NCBI GenBank assembly: GCA_032718475.1
Contig: JAUCBJ010001510.1
Span: 1-45,377 of the forward strand
Direction of reading: 5' to 3'
Source: Nemertoderma westbladi
Lineage: Eukaryota; Animalia; Xenacoelomorpha
Length of the DNA stretch: 45,377 bases
The notes below the pieces were generated by a model. It was not told where the DNA came from and ran no database searches. It saw nothing but the letters and a program-made list of their open reading frames with translations. Position 1 is the first letter of the stretch. Every line of letters begins with the position of its first letter. Of this stretch, positions 1 through 11,430 are shown one piece after another. Both the position numbers and the translations under genes were made by a program.

Positions 1-2848
1 AGTCACCCTCTCTTACTCAATATTCTAAATATAAAGTTTGTTTTAAAGGACAAAAATATATCAATACACTTCATATTATCGAAAACAAATTTACCGATTT
101 TAACATTTACTATACCAGATTTGGTTATATTTCACCTTCTACACAGCCTTTCCGATATATAATGTAACTTAATTTACCTTATAGGTTTGGAACCCCTAAT
201 GGGAGATTGTGAAATATATTTTTCATAGAGCATACTAGAAAATTATCTGGAGAGCTCTAGCTAATTTTTTATTTGATTGTTGAACTGATTTGGCGGGAAG
301 TTCAAATGCATAAATAAGTCCGGAAATAGCTTAATGTGGTACCGGTATGATACTACTACTACTAGGTCGACCGAACTCGGACAGTGGAAATGAGATCCTT
401 CCAGGCTTCCCGATTCTCCATAGTTGTCGCAATTTCGTTTCTCCCAAGATTCAGTATCCCTTTCAAGTTGATCTATATATGTTATTGCTGGTCATCCACA
501 ACTACGCTTTCCATGAGTTGGATGCCAGAAAAGTAGATCTGGTATGACCTTGTCTTTACTTCGCCAGCAATGCCCACTGAATCTTAATCTGCATTCACGG
601 AGGGTGGTTGATACAGGTGGTATTGTACCATAAAGCTCGGCGTTTGTCATATGTTGTCTCCAGCTGATGTTTAGGGCTGCCCTTAGTAGTCTTGTGCAGC
701 AACCATCAATTCGTTGTTCAAGTGATTTAGTCAGTATCCAGGTCTTACCCACGTATAAAAATACACTTTCCACTGTGGCTCGAAAGAACTTAGTCTTCAG
801 GTGCCTGGAGAGATCTGAATTCCAGATGGTAACCATTTTTGATAGAGCTACCCAAGCTTCTATGTTCTTTTTGCTACTCTCTATCCATGATCCAAGGTAC
901 TGGAAGTCGTCGACCTTCCTTTGTTGATTATTGTCAATGGTTGTCAAGTTTCCATCAACATTAAAGGTCATGAATTCGGTCTTGGTAGCATTTTTATGCA
1001 ATCCAACCGCTTTAGCAGCCATCTCCACTTTATTTAGTAGAAGCTGTGCATCTGCTAGGGTATTAGAGAGCAGGGCGATGTCATCCGCAAAGTCGGTGTC
1101 TGTGACTGTAGTTGCCGGATATCTACTACTTCTGTGTTATTGAAGTGTGAATCCCAGATCTTTACCTCATTGCGTAATCCAGCACAATTACAAATAGTAA
1201 TGGTGCTAATGTGTAACCTTGTAGTACCCAAGCCAGGATTGAGAAAAACTCAGTTTCACCATCTGGTGAGAGTTCCTGCGCTTCTGTGTTACAATATAAC
1301 AATCCAATGCCAGCAACAATTACTTCTGGTATTCAATAAGCTCTTAGGATTTCAAGCATTTTGCATCTATGGATGGAGTCGAATGCCTTCTTGAAGTCCA
1401 CAAAAGTCATGACTGCAGGGCGATTTTTCAACTTAATTCCTTCAATCAGTCTTTATAGTGCAAGTATCTGAGCTATTGTTGATCTACTTGGTCGAAATCC
1501 GTTTTGGTTCTTACGCAGTATTTTCTCTATGTGAGGCCTAATCCTATATAGAATCATTTTATTGTATATTTTGGCAGCTACCACAAGCAGACAGATCCCA
1601 CAATAGTTTGTTGGTATACCGAGGTCTCCTTTCTTGGGGAGAGGCTGTAGTTGACCTTTAGTCCAAATTGCTGGAGGCTTTTCCCCTTTTAACATCTGGT
1701 TGCAAACATTCAGTAATGGTCTGTTTAGCACTCCTGTTTTCCATACCTCCGCTGGGATTTCATATAATCCACTCGCTTTATTATTGGACATGCTTTTAAT
1801 GTTTCTTTGGAGTTCAGCAGGTGTGAAGTCCCCTGTTTCTATAGGTAGTGTCTTGTCATATATTTTCCTTGTAGGGCTGACCTCGATGTTTGGTGGCTGC
1901 CCAAGCAAGTTGCTGAAGTGAATTTTTTCCACTTCCCAACACGTTCTTCAGGACTATTGGCTTTGAGGCGCCCCTTTGCACAACTTTTCCGACCAGATAC
2001 CTCATTTACAGTTTGCCAGGTAAGTCTTGATTGTTGCTGTATGTGAGCAGTTGTAATTGCTTCAATTTTATCCTGTATGTACTTTTCCTGGCTGATGTTG
2101 TAGGCCAATTTAAGATCGTCCTTAGCTTTCTCAACCTTGTTAATGTTTTCTGTTGTTGGTTGTTCGGGTTTAACTTTGTAGGCTATCTTACAATCTTCAC
2201 TCTTACAAGTAACCTCAGAGTTTTGCCATGGCACATACTGTTTTCGTTTGGGTTTCTGGGGGAACTGCCTCTTAGCTGATTCCTTGTAGGCTGTTATTAT
2301 ATTCTGGTATATTGAATCGGTGGACTGGTCTTCATCCATTGACTGAAGTGCTTCAAAGCGGTTTTGAACTTCTTGTAAGCATCCTTTACTGCATTGTCAG
2401 TTCTGAGTTTCTTCCAGTGATAGTTGATTTGCTTGCTTGTCCTGGGTTTGCTGGCTCTCAATTCTGTGGTCCGAACCAATTAGGTTGAACGAGCTGTATG
2501 CCTCGCAGTTGATCATGCTGTTTCTCCACTTTTTGTTTATAAGGATGCAATCCAGTTGTGCTTTGTTTCCATTAGGGTATTGAGTCCATAGTGGCATCAA
2601 TTTTGGTATCAATGTTGGTATCAATTCACATTCATCCATTAGGTCTAAAAGAAAGTATCCATTTCTGTTGGAACTGGTGTTATAGGTGTAACCCTTGATG
2701 TCTTCTGGGCCAATTTGCGCATTCAGTTCACCAGCAATGACATTAACATTGTGTTTCAGAATGTCCTTTATACGGTGGCCCAGAACGGCCAAGAAACTTT
2801 TTAAATGTGAAAGTGTACTTTTCAGTGTGAAAATTATCTTTTCATTGT

Positions 2849-3330
2849 GAAAGTGTAAATTTGAAAGTGCGAAAGTGTAAATTTGAAAGTGCAAAAGTGT
2901 AAATTTGAAAGTGCGAAAGTGTAAATTTGAAAGTGGTAAAGTGTAAATTTGAAAGTGCAAAAGTGTAAATTTGAAAGTGCGAAAGTGTAAATTTGAAAGT
3001 GCAAAAGTGTAAATTTTAAAGTGCGAAAGTGTAAATTTGAAAGTGCGAAAGTGTAAATTTGAAAGTGCGAAAGTGTAAATTTGAAAGTGCGAAAGTGTAA
3101 ATTTGAAAGTGCGAAAGTGTAAATTTTAAAACGAGAAAGTGTAAATTTGAAAGTGGGAAAGTGTAAATTTGAAAGTGCAAAAGTGTAAATTTGAAAGTGC
3201 GAAAGTGTAAATTTGAAAGTGCAAAAGTGTAAATTTGAAAGTGCGAAAGTGTAAATTTGCAAGTGCAAAAGTGTAAATTTGAAAGTGCGAAAGTGTAAAT
3301 TTGAAAGCGAGAAAGTGTTAATTTGAAAGC
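2849..3330 (+). repeat. 22-bp tandem array (AAAGTGTAAATTTGAAAGTGCG, ~22 copies) in the left TIR
   Basis: Directly visible. It is the source of the spurious repetitive ORFs at 2834-3339. Confidence 0.97.
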
Positions 3331-3733
3331 TAGAAACATGGTGGGATTTTTAAATTTAGACTGTTGGACTAGTGATCGACCATGCCCTGTCTGACTGTTG
3401 TGCTGTTCTGTAAATCTACTGCTGCAGTACCCCCGCTGGCGCTGGTATGTATACAGGTATCAGTATTTGCTTTGTCATATCATCATGTAGTCTGCTTGCC
3501 TTTGGCCCTGCGCCCTGGGTGGTGCAGTCAGTCTGTCAGAGCTGTGGCAGCAGAAACGTTCTTTAGCATAACGGTACTGTCAGACTGTACTGTTGTGTAG
3601 TGCTTAAATAGGCCTATGCAATGGGCTGATGGGATAGGCCCAACCGCCCTATATGCTATAACTACCTGCATTACTACCCATACTACTGTAGTACTGAGTT
3701 ATACCGGTAATAATTAAACATTGAAACTGCGGA

Positions 3734-4501
3734 ATGACCTTTTGCTTTACATGTGGGACCAGACTAACTGAAAATGCATCCTTTTGTCATATTTGTGGAT
3801 CAAATGTCACAGAGTCAACTGATCAGGGTCAAAGTACCAGTACAGGGGGATACACGAATTCGCCTCATTCACATTCTCCTTCAATTAAAACTTTCGACGA
3901 ATACTGTGCTGAAAAAAAGAGAGGCCATTTACAGTCACTTCCAGATTCCGCTACCGGTAGTAAATTCCAAAAGAAACTTACGAGCAGGGATTTGGAGCGT
4001 GCTTCTATTGTCATAAAGGCCATGAAGTACCACCGTGACTCTCCTCTATTGTTAAAGAAGGTTTGGGCGAAGAAAGTTATGGTTACAGTCCCCAAGTTAT
4101 CTGACTATGAGGAATTATTACAGGAAGGTGTGGGTGCATTTACAGCATTTCATAGTGATGTGTTCCCTAATTCCCCAAATATTAGTGACTTCTGTCTCCT
4201 GTATGGGGATTATAAGTTAGCAAATAGACTTCCTCGTGGACATGCCGAGTTTATACTGCAAAAATATAGAGAGCAGCTGGGAGAAAATTACCGTAATATG
4301 ACATTTTTCATATGTTTAAAGGCTGATTACCAGGATAGCATTGTAAATCGGGAGTTGGAAGATGATGCAGAGAATGTATCTAAGGAGGAACACCCAGCCG
4401 AAGCAGATCGCAATACTCCTAGTGTTTGTGATTCAGTTGTTTCTGAGGAAGTTGTTGAAATAGACGATGTTCTTGGCAATATGCCATATTTATATATATA
4501 A
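3734..4501 (+). CDS. Second gene of the IS3EU-type element: N-terminal zinc ribbon (CxxC..CxxC) plus a domain of unknown function; probably spliced or truncated at the 3' end
   Basis: ATG-started 255-aa ORF beginning CFTCG..FCHICG, with a globular-looking LLYGDY..LP..EFILQKYREQLG..FFIC segment. It lies inside the TIRs, convergent with the transposase. Confidence 0.7.
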   Translation: MTFCFTCGTRLTENASFCHICGSNVTESTDQGQSTSTGGYTNSPHSHSPSIKTFDEYCAEKKRGHLQSLPDSATGSKFQKKLTSRDLERASIVIKAMKYHRDSPLLLKKVWAKKVMVTVPKLSDYEELLQEGVGAFTAFHSDVFPNSPNISDFCLLYGDYKLANRLPRGHAEFILQKYREQLGENYRNMTFFICLKADYQDSIVNRELEDDAENVSKEEHPAEADRNTPSVCDSVVSEEVVEIDDVLGNMPYLYI

Positions 4502-5394
4502 TATGCAATATTTAAAAACTGTCCAGATAATTGTGGATGCCGCATATCATTTTCTACGTGCGCATTCCAAATGGTTATTCCACGCCATATCAATGACCAG
4601 AGTGAACTGGATAATATAATAATTCGAACCGTAATCGAGTCTGGCAAGGGTTTTAATACTTTATAAATTACATGTAATACAAAGTTTTAATTTCTATTAA
4701 TCAAAATTTTCAACATAATTTCATAGTTTTAGTGTCTTGTGTTTTTGTTTAGTGTTAAATCTTAACTTGTTAAATCATTTAAATATTAAAACAATTCCGT
4801 GTTGTCAATTAAATATCTTACGTTAAACATTATTTAATTGAAGTGATATGTGCTCCTGGATTCCACAGATGGCCCCACAGCAATTCAATTGATCGCCCCA
4901 CAGATGGGCGAGCCACGTTCTACCTTCGTGTAGTGGTCTTGTAGTAGCTTAATGAGAACTGGAGTTTCCTCTGGGGAATAAAGTTCTGGGGGAACCGCAC
5001 TAGAAATAAGTCGTCAGACTTTGTGCGTAATTTTTTTACGTAATTGTGCATAATTTCTGGCCTAGCGACCAAGGAAAATTTTCTTTACTTTACTTTTACA
5101 GATATCATTTATAAAAATATGTCATATATCAGACAGATTAGAGATAGCTAGTTGTTCGCACACGTTACTAAGTCGTTGACACGACTTAGCAAAAAAAATT
5201 ATTTTTAATTCCCCTTTAGGGGCTCCGGGCTCCATAGTTACGGGTGTAACATCGGAATCTGTCCCCCCGCGGATACAGTTCGGGGGGACTAAACTGCTAT
5301 TACAACTGGTATAAATAAAAACATATTACTGAAATTAAGAAATTATTATGATAAAACAAAATAATTATACAGTATAGGTATCAATCAACCGTGG

Positions 5395-6528
5395 TTACCA
5401 GTGGGATTGAATAGAGCGATAAAGTTGTAATGATTCTACCCAAGTTGATGGTTTTCTCAAATGTAAGCAGGTCCGCACATAGTCACAATATTCATACATA
5501 TCTTCATCAGTAGGCCTAGGTACTGGTATTTGATTCAAAGAAGTACGCACAGTTTGGAGCGTATCATTATTGACACGAAGGTTAAGGTTCTCCTCACCGC
5601 CGTTACAGGAAGGATTGAAATAGTTACATACAGGCTTCCCTGATATTGTGTTAAAGCGCGACTTACGAATATAATGATTATTCCAGTCCTCGGCAATATC
5701 ATCAAGTTCTAACTGTATGGTATCATCAAAACAGTACCACATAATAGCTTTATGTCTACTATTATTTGTGTCGTATTCATTACTATCAATTAATTCATTA
5801 AAAAATGTAATCCACCACTGAGTCCAAGACTTCCTCAAGTAGGCCCACCACGATTCTATTCGCTGATTGTGGGGTGAACCGACGATTTTATGGGCCCCCA
5901 ATGATTGACGAAAGAAACATTGAGCCCCGGCCATAACCCCATTCTCAGTGCCCCGATCCGTATCAAGTCTCAGTGGACATCCATGTAATACTACTGTAGG
6001 TAAATAAAATCTGCAAATAACGTTAGGGTCATTATTTGTACGGCAAACCTTCAACCATAATACAAATCGGGACCACCCATCTATACACCCATGTATTGGG
6101 AACCCATATGGTTTCAACTTGTCGTACCCATCCGTATGCCATGCTGCATTCGGACCATGGTTGGAATACATCCTTCGTTTAAGTTTCCGTTTTTGGCGTA
6201 ATGCAGTAGCTTCTGGGTTCAAGAGTTTTAGCAGTAGTTGTACAGTAGAACGCGTTACAGGAAACCCTTTCTTATTAAGATAGCGCCACATATGACGGTA
6301 ACCCCAACTGGACCCCGACCCACGAATAATGTTTCTCATCACTGCTTTGATCTGGTCAATGTCAATGTTACGGTTTCTGCGTACTAAATGTAAGTCTTTA
6401 AGACGCCTTCTTATCGTGCGTGCACTGATTTGGACATTTTCTCTAACCCGCATAATCTTTACAATCTCCACATATGTCAAACCCTGACGGAAATAATTTT
6501 TTAGTTTGATTTCGTCATATCTCGCCAT
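5395..6528 (-). CDS. Intact DDE (IS3/integrase-like) transposase, 377 aa from ATG 6528
   Basis: N-terminal HTH-like region. Catalytic motifs WHTDGYDK, LDTDRGTEN and NQRIESWW (33 residues between the second D and E). No stops or frameshifts. Confidence 0.9.
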   Translation of the reverse strand: MARYDEIKLKNYFRQGLTYVEIVKIMRVRENVQISARTIRRRLKDLHLVRRNRNIDIDQIKAVMRNIIRGSGSSWGYRHMWRYLNKKGFPVTRSTVQLLLKLLNPEATALRQKRKLKRRMYSNHGPNAAWHTDGYDKLKPYGFPIHGCIDGWSRFVLWLKVCRTNNDPNVICRFYLPTVVLHGCPLRLDTDRGTENGVMAGAQCFFRQSLGAHKIVGSPHNQRIESWWAYLRKSWTQWWITFFNELIDSNEYDTNNSRHKAIMWYCFDDTIQLELDDIAEDWNNHYIRKSRFNTISGKPVCNYFNPSCNGGEENLNLRVNNDTLQTVRTSLNQIPVPRPTDEDMYEYCDYVRTCLHLRKPSTWVESLQLYRSIQSHW

Positions 6529-6723
6529 GACAGAATAGACCACACCAGCGCATTAGTACGGATGCATTCTGCCGGATGGATGTCAATAATATTACTGTTT
6601 TATGTTATGTATTTTAGTAACTGCCAAATGTACCGGTACAGTTGATAGGCCTCTCTATGTATACTTTACAGCACATGGTCTGGCTTAACCATCAGAATTT
6701 AAATTTCCCGCCATAATTCGTAT

Positions 6724-7157
6724 TTAAATTTACACTTTCTCACTTTCAAATTTACACTTTCGCACTTTCAAATTTACACTTTCGCACTTTCAAATTTACA
6801 CTTTCTCACTTTCAAATTTACACTTTCTCACTTTCAAATTTACACTTTCGCACTTTCAAATTTACACTTTCGCACTTTCAAATTTACACTTTCTCACTTT
6901 CAAATTTACACTTTCTCACTTTCAAATTTACACTTTCGCACTTTCAAATTTACACCTTCGCACTTTCAAATTTACACTTTCGCACTTTCAAATTTACACT
7001 TTCGCACTTTCAAATTTACACTTTCGCACTTTCAAATTTACACTTTCTCGCTTTCAAATTTACACCTTCGCACTTTCAAATTTACACTTTCGCACTTTCA
7101 AATTTACACTTTCGCACTTTCAAATTTACACTTTCGCACTTTCAGATTTACACTTTG
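6724..7157 (-). repeat. 22-bp tandem array (~20 copies) in the right TIR, inverse of 2849-3330; followed by ~4 copies of a 20-bp unit (7171-7260)
   Basis: CACTTTCAAATTTACACTTTCG repeats, then CATTTTCACACTGAAAAGAT repeats. Confidence 0.97.
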
Positions 7158-8486
7158 ACAATGAAAAGATAATTTTCACACTGAAAAGATCATTTTCACA
7201 CTGAAAAGATCATTTTCACACTAAAAAGAACACTTTAGCACTGAAAAGGACACTTTCACATTTAAAAAGTTGCTTGGCCGTTCTGGGCCACCGTACCTTT
7301 ATAATTCCAGTCAGATCTTCATAAAACTTGACTGCTTGTTCTGGCTCTGAGGCATTGGTTGGACTCTAGCAACATATAACGGTTGTCTTGGGATTCCCAT
7401 CAAATGTTGCAATCATAACCCTGGAATTTATAGATTCGATATTGTTTAGGGTCTTAAGTGCAAATGGGCTTAGCAGAATTCCTACTCCGCCAATTGATGC
7501 ATTGGCCGAGTTTCTTACTGCTGAGCTTGTTACTTACGTCCATCCATTTCCAATGTCATTGTACTTCATGGCAGTGTCTTCATGACAAATCCGATGTTCT
7601 TGGATGCAGATGATGTCGATGTTATATTCCATTGCCAGAGCAACCATGTCACCCTGTTTGCTATATGCTTTCAGCGTGCGTGTGTTAATTGTAGCAATCT
7701 TTAGTGTCGTTTTACATTTCAACAGGTTGGTTCTTGTTTCTTCTCTGTAGCCTGTTCCAGTAGCCAATTTATCGAGCCCAGCCTGGTGTACCACTGAGGG
7801 ACGCGGTCCTTGTTGACCCGGACGACGACCAAGCCGGTATTTCTCCTGGAGGTTTCTCATACTCATATCTTTCAGTTGCGAGAGTAAACCACTTGTGGTC
7901 GCAACTCCTACAAAGTGTCTTCGCAGTAGGTCGCCGTTGGTTTATTGCCTGCCGCCGACCTTGTCAGCATGTCTAGCCTTTGGTTCAAATGCATAAGTCA
8001 GGAAATAGCTTAATGTGGTACTGGTACGATAATTAACTATAAATCTGTCACCAGCCAGCCATATATATATATAGATATTCCTTGTATCATGCGGGCCATA
8101 TGTGTATAACTGCAGTGTCCCATTCGCATTCAAGAAATATATTTTTCAGGCCTATTCGCTACCAAGTGGCCTATTTTATCAAAGGCCATTTTGAATTTTG
8201 GCGGCCTAATTACTGCAAATTGGCCATGGGGCTACATGTATTATGTATGTGAGCTAACTATCAGACAAGGGTTTGAAAAACATTTGCAAAAGATTTCTTA
8301 AAATATTCGCAATCCAAGTACAAAATGTTTATGAAAAGTTACGTATGTAAATGTGAAAATATAGACCAAATTGCAATATTTAGAATTTTCCCAAGATGCT
8401 TTCTATGATATTACTGTATTATGGTATAGGCCTAAATAGGTTTAATGGGCGCTTAATCAATTGGAAACATTTTGTAGTATACAGGA

Positions 8487-9442
8487 TGTACCGGCACGAG
8501 GACGAGAGCAGTAGAGGGGGTCGAAGAGAAACTTCCCGACAGGATATACCTACCGATCGAGAATACGGTAGCCGCGGGGAGGATTATTCGAGAAGGATAA
8601 ACTTTGAACCCGAGCGACACATACAGACTGCAGGACATACTGTAGGCCTTACTGCACATACCATAGGCCATGCTGGGAGAGATAATGTAGGCGATAGAAT
8701 AGCGCGAACAACGGGATTAAACCCGGAAGTCGCGGAGTACATACCGGCAGGTAGGCCAGAAGTGGATAGGCCTATACCGGTACCAGCACAGCAGTATGAC
8801 TACAGCATGCAAGGACATAACATATACCCAGGGGAGGGGAGAATTATTGCAGATAGGTGTATGGGCCCCAATATATTAACATCAACCCCAGTACCAAACA
8901 TACCGGTGGGGGGGGGGGGGGGGGGCAGGGTGACATTCCCCCCATCACAATATCAACAATATACCCCAATAGGAGTAAGAACGTCGAACCCCTTGGACGA
9001 GAATAGATCGTGCGACACAGAAATATGGAGGGGGCCGCTACCCCCTATGATATATCCAAGTCAGAGGAAAGCGGCAGACAGGACGAATGGACCGCACCCA
9101 ACGGGAGAACCTATACAGCACCCATCGAACCCATTGGAAGCGCAAGCAATGGGGATGGCCACGTTAATCGATGCATTAAAGACCAGGATCGAGTTACAAC
9201 CCGTGGAACCATTCAAATTCGATGGAAGTAGGCTGGAAGAATACCTACAGTTTCGGCGCATGTATATTAACGAAATATTAACAAAGAATTTGACGCAGGC
9301 GGAGTGCCTAAAGTATCTGCAAGTATATACAGGGGGCCCAGCATACGACATCGTGAGGCAATACCAGGGCATCGAGGGGGGGTTCACGACGGCATGGCGG
9401 GCGTTAGACAGGGAATACGGGCAAATTTGCCTCCACTTCTGA
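8487..9442 (+). pseudogene. BEL/Pao LTR retrotransposon gag fragment (DUF1759-like), 3'-truncated
   Basis: FDGSRLEEYLQFRRMY..CLKYLQVYTGGPAYDIV..FTTAWRALDREYG matches the Pao gag pattern. Similarity ends near 9425. G18 run at 8908-8925. Confidence 0.8.
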
Positions 9443-10629
9443 TTGCTGTTACAAGGGCACCTCTTGTAACCGCCGCAGCTTCATTATTTTTGTTTACAAT
9501 GTCTCTTTAAAAAATTCAATTTATGTCGAACGGCATACTATTGCAGTGTGTTTAGTGGATGCGGTTCCGACTTTTGTTTGGTTTTTGGGGTATATCTCAA
9601 AAACTACTTCGAGTTAGTGAAAACGGATTTTAGCACTGGATTCAGCATTAAATTCTGCTCTTAATCAGCCAATAAAAAGTTTTTCGACAATTTTGTCAAA
9701 TTATGGTATACCCTCCCCTTAAATCATTAAATTTTTTAGATCTTGGCTCAAAAATTACAATTTTGATGGTATAAGTGTTTTCGAGGTCGCTGATCACGAT
9801 AAAACTTGTTAAAATATTTTCTAGCAATGCAACCATAATATTTGGTTCTATGTTGGTCCCCCGGGACGAAAAGTAGGCCTGCAAGTAAAAAATGTCAAAC
9901 TAAAAAAAATTGTGTTTGGTTTGGTAATTCTGAAGCTAAACTGGTTTTCCAGGTCACAGATCACGATACAACTCATTAAAAATCATTCGTGGTAACGTAA
10001 CTATCATTTTTGGTGCTTGTTTGGTGGGACGAAAAATACAAGTAGCATAATATTTCAAATAGCAAAAAATATAACTTGGTTAGATAATACCAAGTTATAT
10101 TTGAGTGTCATATTCGTGATCAGCGTCCCAGAAAACCCATAATGTCTAAAAATCAGGTTGATTAGGAAATTATTTTTGATTATGAAATTTGTGTTCAGTA
10201 CTTAAATACTGCGTACTGGAGATGGGTGCCCGAAAGGGACCACAGCACGAAAACTAACATAGCCATGTAAATGTCGTTTTCGCTGTTGGATGGCCCATTA
10301 AATTTTAGGGAAAGTCACGAAATCTCGGTTTTCCCAACAAACCTGACTCAAAGATACAGATGAATTACAAACAAATTACAATCATACTGAAATAATACTC
10401 TTGTAAATTTATTTAACACCGTAATTGTAGAGCATTCCATTATGTAGCTCATCGCTGAGTTTACTTAATTTCACTTCGTATTTCACGCCAACTTGAAAAC
10501 ATATAAGTAAAAACAGCGACCAACCCACAAACCACAATAGAAATAACCAACACGTAATAAAACATGTTGAGGTTATCCACGAAATGACATTCCGGTGCCA
10601 ACTTCAGGGCGTTAATTGTTCGTTATAGT

Positions 10630-10700
10630 AAATGGGCAAACGGCATTGAGTGCATTCACATGCAGTTGCAATAATTCTGGTGATGTTGTTACATTACTGG
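10630..10700 (+). pseudogene. Decayed partial copy of the EGF exon
   Basis: CATTGAGTGCATTCACATGCAGTTGCAATAATTCTGGTGATGTTGTTACAT aligns to the 3' half of the 135-nt exons at 27498-28913, with indels. Confidence 0.6.
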
Positions 10701-10890
10701 TATCTTATTATTACGCTTAGAACTTCTCCAAAACTAAATTTAACCCTTGATGAACCACATACTTTCTTCCAAATCCATAATCATAGCCATCATAATCATA
10801 GCCTGACAGCCATCACAAATATATATTATATCAAAATGATTTTGGAAATATTACAGCCAATTATTTATTATTTTTTATATAAAATTTCAG

Positions 10891-10950
10891 ATATTGACGA
10901 ATGCGCTAGTGGATTCGCATGCAGTTGCAATTCTGATGATACATGTACTG
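10891..10950 (+). CDS. Host gene exon: shortened EGF-like module DIDECASGFACSCNSDDTCT
   Basis: tttcag acceptor, gtaagt donor, 60 nt, phase 1-1. Confidence 0.7.
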
Positions 10951-11129
10951 GTAAGTAATTACAATCAGAATATCTCTGGCCAATATGCCTTGCTTAATAA
11001 CCAACATTACGGCTGCTAATACTAGAGGGTAAGTCATAGTCATACATAGCAACTGCTATGATATATATATCAAACGTACATTTCTTGGAACATGGATTGA
11101 CTACTAGGGCCTAATGGAATGTAGATAAA

Positions 11130-11430
11130 AGTAAAGTAAAGTAACAATTAGTAAAGTAACAATAAGTAAACTAAAAATATCGCGAGTATAAAATATTGAG
11201 AGTAAAATATTGAGAGTAAAGATATCGCGATAAAATATTTGCGAGTAAAAATATTGAGAGTATAACATTGAAAGTACGATATCGAGAATAATTTGAGAGT
11301 AAAAATATCGCGAGAAAAATATTTGCGAGTAAAAATGTCGTGAGTTAAAATATATTGCGAGTAAAAATAGTGAGAGTAAAGATATCGCAAATAAAATTAT
11401 TGCGAGTAAATTTATTGAGAGTAAAGATAT
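11130..11430. repeat. Degenerate AT-rich minisatellite (GAGTAAAA..ATTGC, ~14-17-bp units)
   Basis: Repeated GAGTAAAA / ATATCGCGA motifs. Confidence 0.8.

Larger units (their letters stand above)
2771..7295. mobile_element. IS3EU-type DNA transposon, 4525 bp
   Basis: Termini TACGGTGGCCCAGAACGGCCAAG...CTTGGCCGTTCTGGGCCACCGTA. Perfect 6-bp TSD CCTTTA at 2765-2770 and 7296-7301, and the LINE reads through once it is removed. TAY..RTA ends, a 6-bp TSD and two ORFs fit IS3EU as I know it. Confidence 0.85.
353..7982 (-). mobile_element. Full-length decayed RTE-clade non-LTR retrotransposon (family A), split by the insertion at 2771-7295
   Basis: Minus-strand frameshifted ORFs: APE endonuclease (7534-7866 ATINTRTL..DIICIQEHR; 2397-2770 SDHR), RT (1453-1932 PLPKKGDL..NQNGFRPSRST; DFADDIAL near 1070-1095) and RTE C-terminus (492-1028). 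(TAG)n tail at 351-365. Flanking ~50-bp direct repeat at 300-352 and 7983-8031. About 3.1 kb without the insert. Confidence 0.92.

Noticed and set aside
2834-3339. Repetitive ORFs (FQIYTFALSNLHFRTFKFTLSH)n and a CRISPR-like look
   Set aside because: Pure 22-bp tandem repeat with no spacers; the ORFs are translation artefacts of the TIR array.
5241-5309. Tiny MITE-like imperfect palindrome (GGTGTAAC..CCCCCC / GGGGGG..TTACAAC)
   Set aside because: Arms are too degenerate and there is no convincing TSD.
7740-7982. HDV-like ribozyme in the RTE 5' UTR
   Set aside because: Hairpins exist (AGTTGCGA/TCGCAACT, CCTAC/GTAGG), but I could not assemble the nested double pseudoknot by eye. A descriptor search is needed.
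9500-10340. Possible Kolobok/other MITE remnants (..ATACCCTCCCC-TTAA at ~9710-9722)
   Set aside because: I could not find a matching second terminus in the window.
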